Of a stretch of 64,000 bases of DNA, positions 20,936 through 31,788 are shown piece by piece; positions within the stretch are counted from its first letter, which is position 1, and each line of letters begins with the position of its first letter. The stretch is from an uncultured Methanoregulaceae archaeon. GTDB lineage: Archaea; Halobacteriota; Methanomicrobia; Methanomicrobiales; Methanospirillaceae. Under the pieces are notes generated by a model. It searched no databases and was not told the origin of the DNA. It saw only the letters and a list, made by a program, of their open reading frames with translations. The stretch spans positions 928,001 to 992,000 of the forward strand of contig OY970343.1 of NCBI GenBank assembly GCA_963717525.1. Reading direction: 5' to 3'. The position numbers and the translations under genes were made by a program.

Positions 20936-21883
20936 ATGAAAGATAAGCTGACACCATCTAACCTTGTACTTATCAGCATTGTCTGCGGACTCCTGATGAT
21001 AACGGCACTCTTTGCCGGCTGCACGCAGAGCACGAATACCGCCGCGGTTGCAACCACTGTACCAACGGAAGCGGCGACCGCGATGCCCACACCTGTGGCG
21101 ACTACTACCACCGCGATCCCGACCACGATGGCGACAACCGCGACACCGGTCCCGACCTACACGCCCTCGAACAGCAACCTTGTTGCCTTTACTGCTGCCT
21201 CATTGACCGGCGCATCAGGTACGATTGGCTCCTCATTCACCGCTGCCTATCCGGGAACTACGGTCTCCTTTGACCTTGATGGTACCCAGGCCCTCAAGAC
21301 ACAAGTTGAGAATGGTGCGTACGCAGATGTCTTTATCTCGGCAAGCAACTCCTACACTAACACCCTCACTAAAGAGGGGTATTTTGTCCCCAACTCGGTC
21401 AAGACCCTGACGACAAACTACGTCATCGTTATCCTGCCTGAATCGAACCCGGCAAACATCCAGTCTCTCGCCGATCTCGCAAAGCCCGGCGTAAAGATTG
21501 CGATGGAGGCAAAAACTGTCCCGGCCGGCACCGCAACGATAGCGGTCTTAAACAATCTTGCAAACGACACCTACAGCCAGAGCTGGATGAACCAGACCCT
21601 TGGTAACGTCGTGACCTACGAGACATCCGAGCCGGCCGTTGCAACCAAAGTCGCCCTTGGCGAAGTCGACGCTGGTTTTGTATACCAGTCCACGGCAACT
21701 GCAGCACCGAGTGGAACCTACCAGTCAATTACCATCCCCAAGAAGGATAATTATCTCCAGACCTACACTATCGGCATCCTTAACGGAAGCCAGAATAAGG
21801 CAGCGGCCGGATGGTTCGAGCAGTATATGCTCTCTTCCGCGGGGCAGAATATCCTCACGCAGTACGGGTTCATTGCCCCATAA
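20936..21883 (+). CDS. modA: Molybdate ABC transporter substrate-binding lipoprotein
   Basis: Lipobox FAGC, Thr-rich linker, AASL, DVFISA, VPAG, GEVDAGFVY. Confidence 0.92.
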   Translation: MKDKLTPSNLVLISIVCGLLMITALFAGCTQSTNTAAVATTVPTEAATAMPTPVATTTTAIPTTMATTATPVPTYTPSNSNLVAFTAASLTGASGTIGSSFTAAYPGTTVSFDLDGTQALKTQVENGAYADVFISASNSYTNTLTKEGYFVPNSVKTLTTNYVIVILPESNPANIQSLADLAKPGVKIAMEAKTVPAGTATIAVLNNLANDTYSQSWMNQTLGNVVTYETSEPAVATKVALGEVDAGFVYQSTATAAPSGTYQSITIPKKDNYLQTYTIGILNGSQNKAAAGWFEQYMLSSAGQNILTQYGFIAP

Positions 21884-21959
21884 CTTAAAAAAAAGATCAC
21901 ACCCTTTTTAATGTGAGCCGGGCCGGCCGGTACTCCTGCCGGTATCAGATTGTGTCTCC

Positions 21960-22783
21960 ATGATCCCCAGATTCCTTTGGCCAAAAAACTACCGGCGGAG
22001 CCTGACCTACCTCGCCGCAGGGATCCTGATCGCTGCAGTCACGCTGTATCTTGCCCTGCCCATAGTCGCACTTTTTTTCAGGGTAACGCCGGAAATGTTC
22101 TTTACCGCGCTTCATGACCCCGATGTCATAAGCGCACTCTGGCTGAGTCTGATTACCACGTCCATCACCCTTGCCGTGGTCATCCTTGTCGGAACGCCGT
22201 TTGCTTACTTCCATTCCCGGTACTCGTACCCGGGAAAGGTGATCGTCGATACCCTTATCGATCTCCCGCTGGTCCTCCCCCGGCCGTTGCAGGGGTCGCC
22301 CTTCTCGTGTTATACGGCCGGGTCGGGATTCTCGGGCGGTACTTCACTATGTTCGGGATCTCGATTGCCTTTACCACGCTTGCGGTAGTTATGGCTCAGA
22401 TTTTTGTCGCATCCCCGTTTTACCTCCGTCAGGCAAAATCGCTCTTCGAGCAGCTGGACCCGGCCTACGAGCAGACCGCACGGACGCTCGGGGCGCGGTC
22501 CCTGCGGACGTTGACGCTCGTTACTATCCCTATGACTGCAGGTGGCCTTGTTTCTGGTGCTGTTATGACGTTCGGGCGGGCTCTCGGGGAGTTTGGCGCA
22601 ACGATCATGTTTGCCGGTAACCTGCCCGGGGTGACCCAGACCATGCCGCTTGCAGTATACGTGGGGATGGAGGGGAGCAATATCAACGTCGGGCTGACTA
22701 TCTCGATCCTGCTCGTGATTATCTCGTTTGCGATCATGATCGTCGTGCGTCTGATCCAGAAACGGGAGGCGGGCCGTGCTTGA
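21960..22783 (+). CDS. modB: Molybdate ABC transporter permease (frameshift near 22280)
   Basis: DLPLVLP, EQTARTLGA, RALGEFGATIMFAGN. Confidence 0.92.
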
Positions 22784-23474
22784 GGCTGTGATGGTAAAAC
22801 GCCTGCGTGACTTTACACTTGACCTTACGCTCAGTGCAAAGCCCGGGGAGATCACGGTCTTGATGGGCCTGAATGGTTCGGGAAAGTCAACGACCCTCAA
22901 TATCATCTCTGGCCTCCTGCAGCCGGACACCGCTTCGATAACCTTAAACGGCGAGTGCCTCTGCGGAACCCGCGAGGGAGTCGATATCCCGGCTGAAGAC
23001 CGGCGGATTGGGTACGTCCTCCAGAACCCGGCCGTATTTCCCCACATGACCGTGCGCGACAACGTGGCGTTCGGTCTTCGCGCCCGGCACCTCCCGCGGA
23101 AGGTCATTTCCGAACGCATCGCCTCCTGGTTGGAGCGCATGCATATCGCAGACCTTGACGGCGTAAGGGCAGGGAGCCTTTCCGGCGGGCAGAAGCAGCG
23201 GGTCGCGCTTGCCCGGGCCCTCGCCACTGAGCCGGTCCTCCTGATGCTTGATGAGCCATTTACCGCACTTGACGCGGAGAGCACACAAACGGTAAAGGAT
23301 CTCACGCGCCGGTTCGTCAGGGATATGAATATTCCCTGTATTCTCGTGACCCACCGGGTGGCAGACAGTGAAGAGATCGGGGACAGGGCCTGCGTGCTCT
23401 GCCAGGGCAGAATGGAGTGGGAAGGCGTTCCCGGCGATATGCCTGCGATATGCACGGTCTGCCGGTGTACGTGA
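22776..23474 (+). CDS. modC: Molybdate ABC transporter ATPase
   Basis: GLNGSGKST, LSGGQKQR, LLMLDEPF, VTH. Confidence 0.92.
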   Translation: MLEAVMVKRLRDFTLDLTLSAKPGEITVLMGLNGSGKSTTLNIISGLLQPDTASITLNGECLCGTREGVDIPAEDRRIGYVLQNPAVFPHMTVRDNVAFGLRARHLPRKVISERIASWLERMHIADLDGVRAGSLSGGQKQRVALARALATEPVLLMLDEPFTALDAESTQTVKDLTRRFVRDMNIPCILVTHRVADSEEIGDRACVLCQGRMEWEGVPGDMPAICTVCRCT

Positions 23475-23780
23475 AGACCGGGGGCGGGCCGGAAGTTCCA
23501 TCGGCCCCAAGTGCCGGGATATGCACCATTTTTCCCAGTTGAGTAATACTATGAAACCTGAAGATCGGGCCGGGTAAGTTCGCGCCCGTTTTCTATTGTC
23601 TCCATCGTATTCTTTTGTGTGGTTTATAATCAACCGCTGTTCACCCCGGAGCCCCCGTTTTCTTCCGGCGTTCTTTGCAAAACAGGGAACACGGGCATAT
23701 TTATACCTAGGAGAAAAACACCTGATCGCGTGATTGCCGGTATATCCGGCCTGGCAAGAGACGCATGGGGTAATCATCCG

Positions 23781-24425
23781 ATGACTACCGATTCAATCGG
23801 GGCAATGATCAAAAAACAGGTAAAACCTGCGGTGCTGATTTTTTTGGTGCTCACCCTTCTTGTGGGCATTCTTTATCCGCTTGTGGTCACCGGTATCGCA
23901 CAAGTGGTATTCCCGACCCAGGCAAACGGGGATCTCATCATGCATAACGGGAAACTCGCCGGTTCATCGCAGATCGGCCAGCCTTTCTCATCCCCGCAGT
24001 ATTTCTGGGGGCGCCCCTCGGCCACCACCCCGGTCCCGTACAATGCCGGGTCATCGACAGGCTCCAATCTGGGGCCCAACAACCCGGCGCTTGTGCAGCT
24101 GGTCCAGGCCCGGGTCGATGCCCTGCATGCAGTCGATCCCGGTAACACCAACCCCATCCCGGTCGACCTTGTCACAGCCTCGGGAAGCGGCCTTGACCCG
24201 GACATCTCGGTAGCGGCCGCGTACTACCAGGCGCCTCGTGTCGCCCGCGAGCGCAACCTGTCAGAATCGGATGTCTCAGCGCTTGTCTCATCGCAGATCG
24301 AGCCCCGAGAGTTCGGGATATTCGGTGAGCCCCGGGTCAACGTCCTCTCGCTGAACCTTGCCCTCGACGACCTTTCTCTGCATACGATCTCCGTGCCGCA
24401 GGCCGGATCATCGCCCCCCCCTTAA
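23781..24425 (+). CDS. kdpC: K+-transporting ATPase subunit C (possibly fused to KdpA)
   Basis: YPLVVTGIAQ, YFWGRPS, VTASGSGLDPDIS, GEPRVNVL. Confidence 0.93.
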   Translation: MTTDSIGAMIKKQVKPAVLIFLVLTLLVGILYPLVVTGIAQVVFPTQANGDLIMHNGKLAGSSQIGQPFSSPQYFWGRPSATTPVPYNAGSSTGSNLGPNNPALVQLVQARVDALHAVDPGNTNPIPVDLVTASGSGLDPDISVAAAYYQAPRVARERNLSESDVSALVSSQIEPREFGIFGEPRVNVLSLNLALDDLSLHTISVPQAGSSPPP

Positions 24426-24451
24426 ACCACCCGCCCGATCTGGTCTTTGGT

Positions 24452-26209
24452 ATGCAGATCGCGGACTGGATCCAGGTGATCCTCTTCATTGTCATCGTCG
24501 CACTCATTTCAATACCCCTCGGTGCATGGATGGCAAAGATCTTTACCGGTAAGCCAAACTTCCTCTCCCCGGTCATCGGCTGGTTCGAGACAAAAGTCCT
24601 CACCGCATGCGGCGTTGCCACCGGAGAGGAGATGGACTGGAAGCAGTTTGCTGTCGCCCTCATGGTCTTTGCGGTTCCCTGTATCGGCGCTGTTTTCATC
24701 CTTCAGGAAGTCCAGCAGTTCCTGCCCCTCAACCCGGCAGGACTTGGGGCTGTTCCGTGGGATCTCTCGCTCAACACTGCGATCAGTTTTGCGACCAACA
24801 CCAACTGGCAGGCATACGTGCCGGAAGTAACGGTCAGCTACTTCACGCAGATGGCCGGCCTTGTCGTTGAAAACTTCATTTCGGCGGCAGTCGGGCTGGC
24901 AGTCCTTATCGCGCTCATCTACGCGTTCTCGCGGAGATCGGCCACGACTATAGGAAACTTCTGGGTGCTCCTGGTGCGCAGCGTCATGATCCTCATACCC
25001 ATCGCCCTGGTAATCTCCCTTGTGCTCGTCTCGCAGGGAACGCCCCAGACATTCTCCGGGCCTGCCACAGTGCCTCTCCTTGATCCGGTAAAGGACAGCA
25101 CTGGTGCGCTGGTTACCACCCAGACCATTCCGCTGGGGCCGGTCGCCTCTCAGGTCGCGATCAAGATGCTGGGGACGAATGGCGGCGGGTACTATAATGC
25201 CAATTCTGCGCACCCACTGGAAAATCCCACCCCGTTTTCAAACATTATAGAGATGCTTGCGATGATCATTATCCCCGCCGCGCTCTGTCTCACGTTCGGA
25301 ACAATGATAGGATCGAGGCGCAAAGGCGTCGCACTTATCCTCGCCATGACCCTGATCTTCCTGCCGCTCCTTGGCTTTGCCATCTGGTCTGAGCAGGGCG
25401 GGAACCCGGTACTTACTCCGCTCGGGATCGACCAGACCCCCTCCGCGCTCCAGTCCGGCGGGAACATGGAAGGAAAAGAGGTGAGGTTCGGGATCGTTCC
25501 CTCCGTCCTCTTTGCCGTGGTCACCACCAGTACCTCCTGCGGCGCCGTCAATTCGATGCATGACTCGTTCATGCCCGTTGCCGGTGGGATCGTGCTCTTT
25601 GACATACACCTGGGTGAGGTGGTCTTCGGCGGCGTCGGGTCCGGCCTCTATGGTATGCTCGTCTTTGTCATTATCGCGATGTTCATTGCCGGCCTGATGG
25701 TGGGCAGAACGCCGGAGCTCTACGGCAAGAAGATCGAACAGTACGAGATGAAGATGGCGACAATCATCATCCTCATCCCGATCGTCATGATCCTCGCCTT
25801 CACATCCCTTGCCGTCCTCACGACTGCCGGCCAGGCCGGCGTCGCAAACCCCGGGCCGCACGGTTTTACCGAGATCCTGTACGCGTTTACCTCGGCCTCG
25901 CAGAACAATGGCAGCGCCTTTGCCGGGCTGAATGCAGGCAGCCTTTTTTACACTATCACCACCTCTATCGCGATGTTTATCGGGCGCTACGTGATCATTA
26001 TCCTGACCCTTGCACTCGCAGGATCGCTTGTCACAAAAAAGATCGTCCCCCCCAGCGAAGGGACGCTCTCGGACCACCGGCCGCTCTTTATTTTGTGGCT
26101 GGTCTTTGTAATCCTCATTGTCGGCGCGCTCAGTTTCCTGCCAGCGCTCTCGCTTGGTCCCATCGCGGAGTACATGGGGATGGTCGCAGGAGGACTGATC
26201 CATGTCTGA
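24452..26209 (+). CDS. kdpA: K+-transporting ATPase subunit A
   Basis: TNTNWQ, LGTNGGG, NMEGKE.RFG, SCGAV, NNGSAF. Confidence 0.96.
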   Translation: MQIADWIQVILFIVIVALISIPLGAWMAKIFTGKPNFLSPVIGWFETKVLTACGVATGEEMDWKQFAVALMVFAVPCIGAVFILQEVQQFLPLNPAGLGAVPWDLSLNTAISFATNTNWQAYVPEVTVSYFTQMAGLVVENFISAAVGLAVLIALIYAFSRRSATTIGNFWVLLVRSVMILIPIALVISLVLVSQGTPQTFSGPATVPLLDPVKDSTGALVTTQTIPLGPVASQVAIKMLGTNGGGYYNANSAHPLENPTPFSNIIEMLAMIIIPAALCLTFGTMIGSRRKGVALILAMTLIFLPLLGFAIWSEQGGNPVLTPLGIDQTPSALQSGGNMEGKEVRFGIVPSVLFAVVTTSTSCGAVNSMHDSFMPVAGGIVLFDIHLGEVVFGGVGSGLYGMLVFVIIAMFIAGLMVGRTPELYGKKIEQYEMKMATIIILIPIVMILAFTSLAVLTTAGQAGVANPGPHGFTEILYAFTSASQNNGSAFAGLNAGSLFYTITTSIAMFIGRYVIIILTLALAGSLVTKKIVPPSEGTLSDHRPLFILWLVFVILIVGALSFLPALSLGPIAEYMGMVAGGLIHV

Positions 26210-28301
26210 TATGAAGAAGGCCCGGAACCCGGGTGCAGTCCCGGGCCTCTACCAGCGTGCGGTCGTGGATGCAATCTTCAAGCTCGACCCGAGAACGCTC
26301 ATTCATAACCCGGTGATGTTTACTGTCGAGGTCGGCAGTGCGATCACGACCGTGCTGTACGTCCAGGCGCTTTTTGGGGCCGGGGAGGCACCGGCCGGGT
26401 TTATCGGTGCGATCTCCGCGTGGCTCTGGTTCACCGTGCTCTTTGCAAACTTTGCCGAGGCTCTCGCGGAAGGGAGAGGCAAAGCGCAGGCCGAGTCCCT
26501 CCGGAAGATGCGGCAGGACACAACGGCGAAACGGCTGGGAGACCGGTACCAAATCACCAAAGGGAGCGAACCGCAGGATGCCGATTTCAAACTGGTCTCC
26601 TCTTCGGAGTTGAAAAAATCCGACCTCTTCTATGTCAAAGCCGGGGACACCATCCCGGTGGACGGCGAGATCCTTGAAGGCATCGCTTCAGTGAACGAGA
26701 GCGCGATCACCGGGGAGAGCGCACCTGTTATCCGTGAATCCGGGGGGACCGTAGTGCCGTCACCGGCGGGACGGTCATCCTCTCCGACTGGCTGATCGTC
26801 CGCGTAAGCGCAAATCCCGGCGAAGGTTTCCTCGATCATATGATCAGCCTCATCGAGGGAGCAAAGCGCCAGAAGACGCCCAACGAGATCGCGCTCAACA
26901 TCCTGCTTCTCGGCCTGACAACAATCTTTATTATAGTCGCCGCAGCCCTCTACGCATTCTCCGCATACAGTGTCCAGGCCACGGGTGCCGGGACCACGAT
27001 CACCGTCACCGTACTCGTGGCGCTCTTTGTCTGTCTTGCTCCGACCACCATCGGCGGGCTGCTCTCTGCCATCGGTATCGCAGGCATGGACCGGCTGATC
27101 CAGAGAAACGTGATCACGACCTCGGGCAGGGCCATCGAGGCGGCAGGGGATGTTGATGTCCTCCTGCTCGATAAGACCGGTACTATTACCCTTGGGAACC
27201 GGCAGGCGGTCGAGTTTATCCCGGTGGATGGGACATCCATCGAGGATCTTGCCGGGGTCGCTCAGACTGGCATCGCTCGCCGACGAAACCCCAGAGGGGC
27301 GCAGCATAGTGATCCTCGCAAAGGAGAAGTACGACCTCCGGGGCAGGACGGTCGGGGCCTCGGGGCCCGATGCCGGTATGCAGTTTGTTCCCTTCTCCAG
27401 CCAGACCCGTATGAGCGGTGTCGATCATGGCGACCTCCACATCCGGAAAGGTGCAGCAGACGCAATGTTCAGGTACATCGAATCCAGTGGAAATGCCATA
27501 TCGGATCAGCTCAAAGAAGCGGTCGACACCATATCGCGGGCGGGAGGAACGCCGCTTGTCGTTGCGCAGAACGGGAAGGCACAAGGTGTCATCCACTTAA
27601 AGGATATCGTCAAGGGTGGGATCAAGGAGCGATTTGTCCAGCTCCGTAAGATGGGTATCAAGACCGTCATGATCACCGGGGATAACCGGCTTACGGCCGC
27701 GACGATCGCGGCAGAGGCCGGTGTCGATGACTTCCTTGCCGAGGCAACACCCGAGAGCAAGCTGAAACTGATCCGGGAGTACCAGGCCGGGGGGCGGATG
27801 GTGGCGATGACCGGGGACGGGACAAACGATGCGCCGGCGCTTGCGCAGGCCGATGTGGCGGTCGCCATGAATACCGGCACCCAGCCGGCACGCGAGGCGG
27901 CAAACATGATCGATCTCGACTCCAACCCGACCAAGCTCATCGAGATCGTGGAGATCGGAAAACAGCTCCTCATGACCCGGGGAGCGCTCACCACCTTCTC
28001 CATCGCAAACGATATCGCCAAGTACTTTGCCATCATCCCGGTTGCGTTTGCCTCAACCTACCCCTCGCTCTCCGCGCTCAACATCCTCGGCCTCCACGAC
28101 GGTATCCTCTCCGCTGTGATCTTCAATGCCATCATCATTGTAATCCTCATCCCGCTTGCCCTGCGAGGGGTTAAGTACCATGCGATGTCGGCAGAGGAGG
28201 CACTGCGCAACAACATCCTGATCTATGGGGTCGGTGGGATCATCGCCCCCTTTATCGGGATAAAGATCATTGATATGCTGCTGGTTTTTTTAGGAGCGTG
28301 A
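26202..28301 (+). CDS. kdpB: K+-transporting P-type ATPase subunit B (frameshifts near 26750 and 27260)
   Basis: TGES, DKTGT, KGA, TGDN, GDGTND. Confidence 0.95.
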
Positions 28302-28310
28302 ACCTGACCC

Positions 28311-30287
28311 ATGCCAACACCCGCTGAATGTCGCCAGGATCAACGTCCTGACCCTGATACCATTCTTGCCTGCGTCCAGAAAGAAGAGCTCCAGAAGAAG
28401 CGGGGCAAGCTCAAGATCTTCCTCGGGTATATTGCCGGTGTGGGAAAAACTTACGAGATGCTCAAGGCCGCGCACCTGCGAAAGGACGAGGGAATCGATG
28501 TAAGGATAGGGTACATCGAACCCCACGGGAGGCACGAGACCGAGGTGCTCATGGAAGGCCTTCCTGTCATCCCCCTCCGCACCAACGAGTATCATGGCGT
28601 TAAACTGACCGAGATGGACCTCGATGCAATCCTTACGGCCCACCCGCAGCTGGTCCTTGTGGACGAGCTGGCCCACACCAATATCCCCGGTTCCCGGCAC
28701 CTGAAACGGTACCAGGATGTGGAAGAGCTGCTCGCAGCAGGGATCGATGTCTATTCCACCCTCAACGTCCAGCATATCGAGAGCCTCAACGATGTGGTGG
28801 CCCGGATCACCGGCGTTATCATCAAGGAGAAGATTCCCGACAGGGTAATAGACGAAGCAACCGAGATCGAGGTCGTAGACCTTGCACCTCCCGAGCTTCT
28901 CCAGCGCCTCCGCGAGGGGAAGGTGTATGTACCCGAAATGGCGGCCCGGGCGATCGAGCAGTTCTTCAATGAAGGGAACCTCTACGCCCTCCGTGAACTG
29001 GTATTGCGCCGTGCGGCAGAGCGTGTCGACACCCAGATGCTTGCATACATGCAGACCCGCTCGATTCCCGGCCCCTGGCCGGTGGGCGAGTACCTGCTGG
29101 TCTGCATCGGCCCCGGTCCGCTTGCAGAGCGCCTTATCCGTACGGCCCGCCGTCAGGCAGACCGGATCAATGCACACTGGTGTGCTATCTATATCGAAAC
29201 ACCTGCACATCACCGGCTCTCGCGGGAGGCAAAGGAGCAGGTCGATCGCTCGCTTCAGATGGCGGAAAAACTGGGGGCGACAACAATAAGCCTGTTCGGG
29301 CTCAATGTCGCAAACACAGTCATTGAATACGCACGGCAGCACAACGTAACCCGGATTATTATCGGGAAGACCCTGCGCCCCCGGTGGCAGGAATTTGTCT
29401 TTGGTTCGGTGGTCGACCAGCTCATCCACAACAGCGGGCCCATCGATGTGTACGTGATCAGCAGTGGAAAAGACATGCCGGAAAAACCGGCAGACGCAGA
29501 ACCCCTGCTCCCGGCATCACCACCGCGGGATTACGTGGACAGCCTGACACTGGTGGTTGCTGTCACCATCTTCGGGTGGGTTTTCCACCCCCTCATCTCC
29601 CCGGTCAACCAGCTGATGTTCTACCTGCTTGCCGTGGTCGTTATCGCGTTCAAGCGGGGCCTGCGGCCCGCTATCTTCACCTCGATCCTCGGTGTGATCG
29701 CGTTCGATTTCTTCTTCGTTCCGCCGTACCTGACCTTCCGGCTCTCCGATACACAGTACCTGGTAACTTTCGTGGTCATTCTCATTGTAGGATCCCTCAT
29801 CAGCATGCTCGTGGCCAGCGCCCGCCGGCATGCCGATGCGGCACAGATCCGGGAGAAAGAGACGGGGACTCTCTATGCACTCTCGCAGGACCTCGCCGGG
29901 GCCACGGACGCAGCTACGATCATGAATGCCGTGGGCCGGCACGTACGGGAGATCTTCCAGTGGGAGAGTGTCTTCTTCCTCCCGGAAAATGGCCTTCTGG
30001 CGGTGCATGCGCAGAGCCCGGGGCTTGTCATAGACGGGGACGACATCGCTGTTGCGACATGGACTTTCCAGCACGGAACAATTGCAGGATATGACACCGA
30101 CACCCTGCACGGGTCAAAACTCAGGTACATACCCCTCCTGAGCTCCCGGGGCGTCCTCGGGATCATGGCAGTCCAGCCGGCCGAACCAAACGGCGTCATC
30201 ACCTACGAACAGTCCCGTATCCTGACCGCGTTTGCCAACCAGGCTGCACTCGCGCTCGAACGGGTAAACCTGGCAAAATCTGCCTGA
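28311..30287 (+). CDS. kdpD: KdpD sensor lacking the histidine kinase module
   Basis: GVGKTY, DELAHTN, Usp domain, 4-TM DUF4118, GAF; ends at LALERVNLAKSA without an H-box. Confidence 0.88.
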   Translation: MPTPAECRQDQRPDPDTILACVQKEELQKKRGKLKIFLGYIAGVGKTYEMLKAAHLRKDEGIDVRIGYIEPHGRHETEVLMEGLPVIPLRTNEYHGVKLTEMDLDAILTAHPQLVLVDELAHTNIPGSRHLKRYQDVEELLAAGIDVYSTLNVQHIESLNDVVARITGVIIKEKIPDRVIDEATEIEVVDLAPPELLQRLREGKVYVPEMAARAIEQFFNEGNLYALRELVLRRAAERVDTQMLAYMQTRSIPGPWPVGEYLLVCIGPGPLAERLIRTARRQADRINAHWCAIYIETPAHHRLSREAKEQVDRSLQMAEKLGATTISLFGLNVANTVIEYARQHNVTRIIIGKTLRPRWQEFVFGSVVDQLIHNSGPIDVYVISSGKDMPEKPADAEPLLPASPPRDYVDSLTLVVAVTIFGWVFHPLISPVNQLMFYLLAVVVIAFKRGLRPAIFTSILGVIAFDFFFVPPYLTFRLSDTQYLVTFVVILIVGSLISMLVASARRHADAAQIREKETGTLYALSQDLAGATDAATIMNAVGRHVREIFQWESVFFLPENGLLAVHAQSPGLVIDGDDIAVATWTFQHGTIAGYDTDTLHGSKLRYIPLLSSRGVLGIMAVQPAEPNGVITYEQSRILTAFANQAALALERVNLAKSA

Positions 30288-30357
30288 GCCCGGGTGCGTC
30301 CCACCTCTAAAAAAAATCATTTTTGGCACAGTTTCCCGCGCCGGGCATCCACAACGA

Positions 30358-30576
30358 TCAGATGATCTCAGTCCGGCGCAGCCACAGTCCGATCATGATA
30401 TAAACAATAACCGCCCCAAAAATGCCGGCGAGAATCCCCAAGAGAAACAGGTAATTGCCGGTGACAACCGCTTCAAAAACCCCTATGAGTACCCGCAGGA
30501 CACCGTATACTACGAGAGCAATGCCGGCATAGAAAACGATCAGGGCGACGATGCCGGAAACAAGCAGTTCATCCAT
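30358..30576 (-). CDS. Small membrane protein
   Basis: 72 aa, two TM segments, GAGGTG RBS, follows the glycosyltransferase. Confidence 0.6.
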   Translation of the reverse strand: MDELLVSGIVALIVFYAGIALVVYGVLRVLIGVFEAVVTGNYLFLLGILAGIFGAVIVYIMIGLWLRRTEII

Positions 30577-30585
30577 GGGTGCACC

Positions 30586-31674
30586 TCATTCGAGATATCC
30601 CGCCAGCAGCTCGTCATAGAGCCGCTTTGTATTATCCGCGGTCCCGGGCATCGCCGGGAACCCGGCGTATTTCTTTGTCCTGGCCACATCTTCTGCGAGA
30701 TCCAGCTTGTCCTGGTCTTCTGAATAGAACCAGCCTTTCTGCCGGTAGTACCACGAGAGGTACTCCTGCTCGGTCTGGCCCGGGGTCGGGATCAGGAGAG
30801 CCTGTGTTTTTCCCAGTTCTGCCAGTTCCATCAGGGTCGTGTATCCCGAACGGCAGATCACACATTTCGCCCGGTTCATCAGCTCAGCCTTTATTTCGGT
30901 TGGGACATAGGGGATACAGATCCAGTCCCCGCGCCGGGCCGGGGTTTTTGACCCTTGCGGGCTTCCGAGCAGCACGACACCGGAGCCATCGAGCTCCCCG
31001 ATCCGCGCCAGAATGATCTTTTCAAGGATACTCCGCTGCGGTTCCGGCCCGGAGATGATAATAAGATAGTCAAGGTCCTGGCTGCACGCCATCTGCCGGG
31101 TGCCGGAAAGGATCCCCGAGAAAAAAACCCGATCCCGTGCCACGTCGGTCTGGGGACGGGAGAGTTTTCCTGCAAGGGAAAGGGGCCCCGGAGAATTGTC
31201 GGGGACGATGATGCGGTCGTACTGTTCATGGAGATACCGGTTGGCCGGGATGGCGAGGAGCTCTGCCGGCCAGTACAGGAGCGGCAGGTGGTAGTGGAGC
31301 TGGTGGGAAACAAAGATTGAGGGGACACGTGACGAGAAGACACCCAGCCGGTTGTCGCTGATGACGAGGTCGTAATGATCTTTCGCGAGGATCGAATCAA
31401 GGGTCGCGTGCTCGCGGGCGACTGCCGTGAGCATGAAGGGCAGGGATGCAACGAATTTCGGGACAAACAGGTGCCCGGAACTGAACGGGACCGGGTAATC
31501 CGGGTACTCGATAAAGGGAGCGTCCGGGAATTCCTGCCTGAGTACCGAAAGGGCGTTGCCGCACGCGGCGATCGTCACCTCGTGGCCGTGATCCCGTAAG
31601 GTCCGTATCACCGGGATGTCGCGCGTGGCATGGCCAAGTCCCCAGTTCAATGGTGATACGAGCACATGCGCCAT
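30586..31674 (-). CDS. Glycosyltransferase (GT28/MurG-like)
   Basis: WGLGHATR, RSGYTTLME, PTPGQTEQ. Confidence 0.88.
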   Translation of the reverse strand: MAHVLVSPLNWGLGHATRDIPVIRTLRDHGHEVTIAACGNALSVLRQEFPDAPFIEYPDYPVPFSSGHLFVPKFVASLPFMLTAVAREHATLDSILAKDHYDLVISDNRLGVFSSRVPSIFVSHQLHYHLPLLYWPAELLAIPANRYLHEQYDRIIVPDNSPGPLSLAGKLSRPQTDVARDRVFFSGILSGTRQMACSQDLDYLIIISGPEPQRSILEKIILARIGELDGSGVVLLGSPQGSKTPARRGDWICIPYVPTEIKAELMNRAKCVICRSGYTTLMELAELGKTQALLIPTPGQTEQEYLSWYYRQKGWFYSEDQDKLDLAEDVARTKKYAGFPAMPGTADNTKRLYDELLAGYLE

Positions 31675-31788
31675 CAGATCCTTCCCTGAATTATCATTGC
31701 CCTCATAAAGTATATTGAGGTGATGTGCAGCAGGACCCGGGCAGCTCCGGAAAACCAGTTGCTCCGTTTTTTGGATCTCTCTGCCCGG

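Noticed and set aside
21040..21170. Thr/Ala/Pro-rich low-complexity repeat
   Set aside because: Ordinary flexible linker after the lipobox of an archaeal solute-binding protein.
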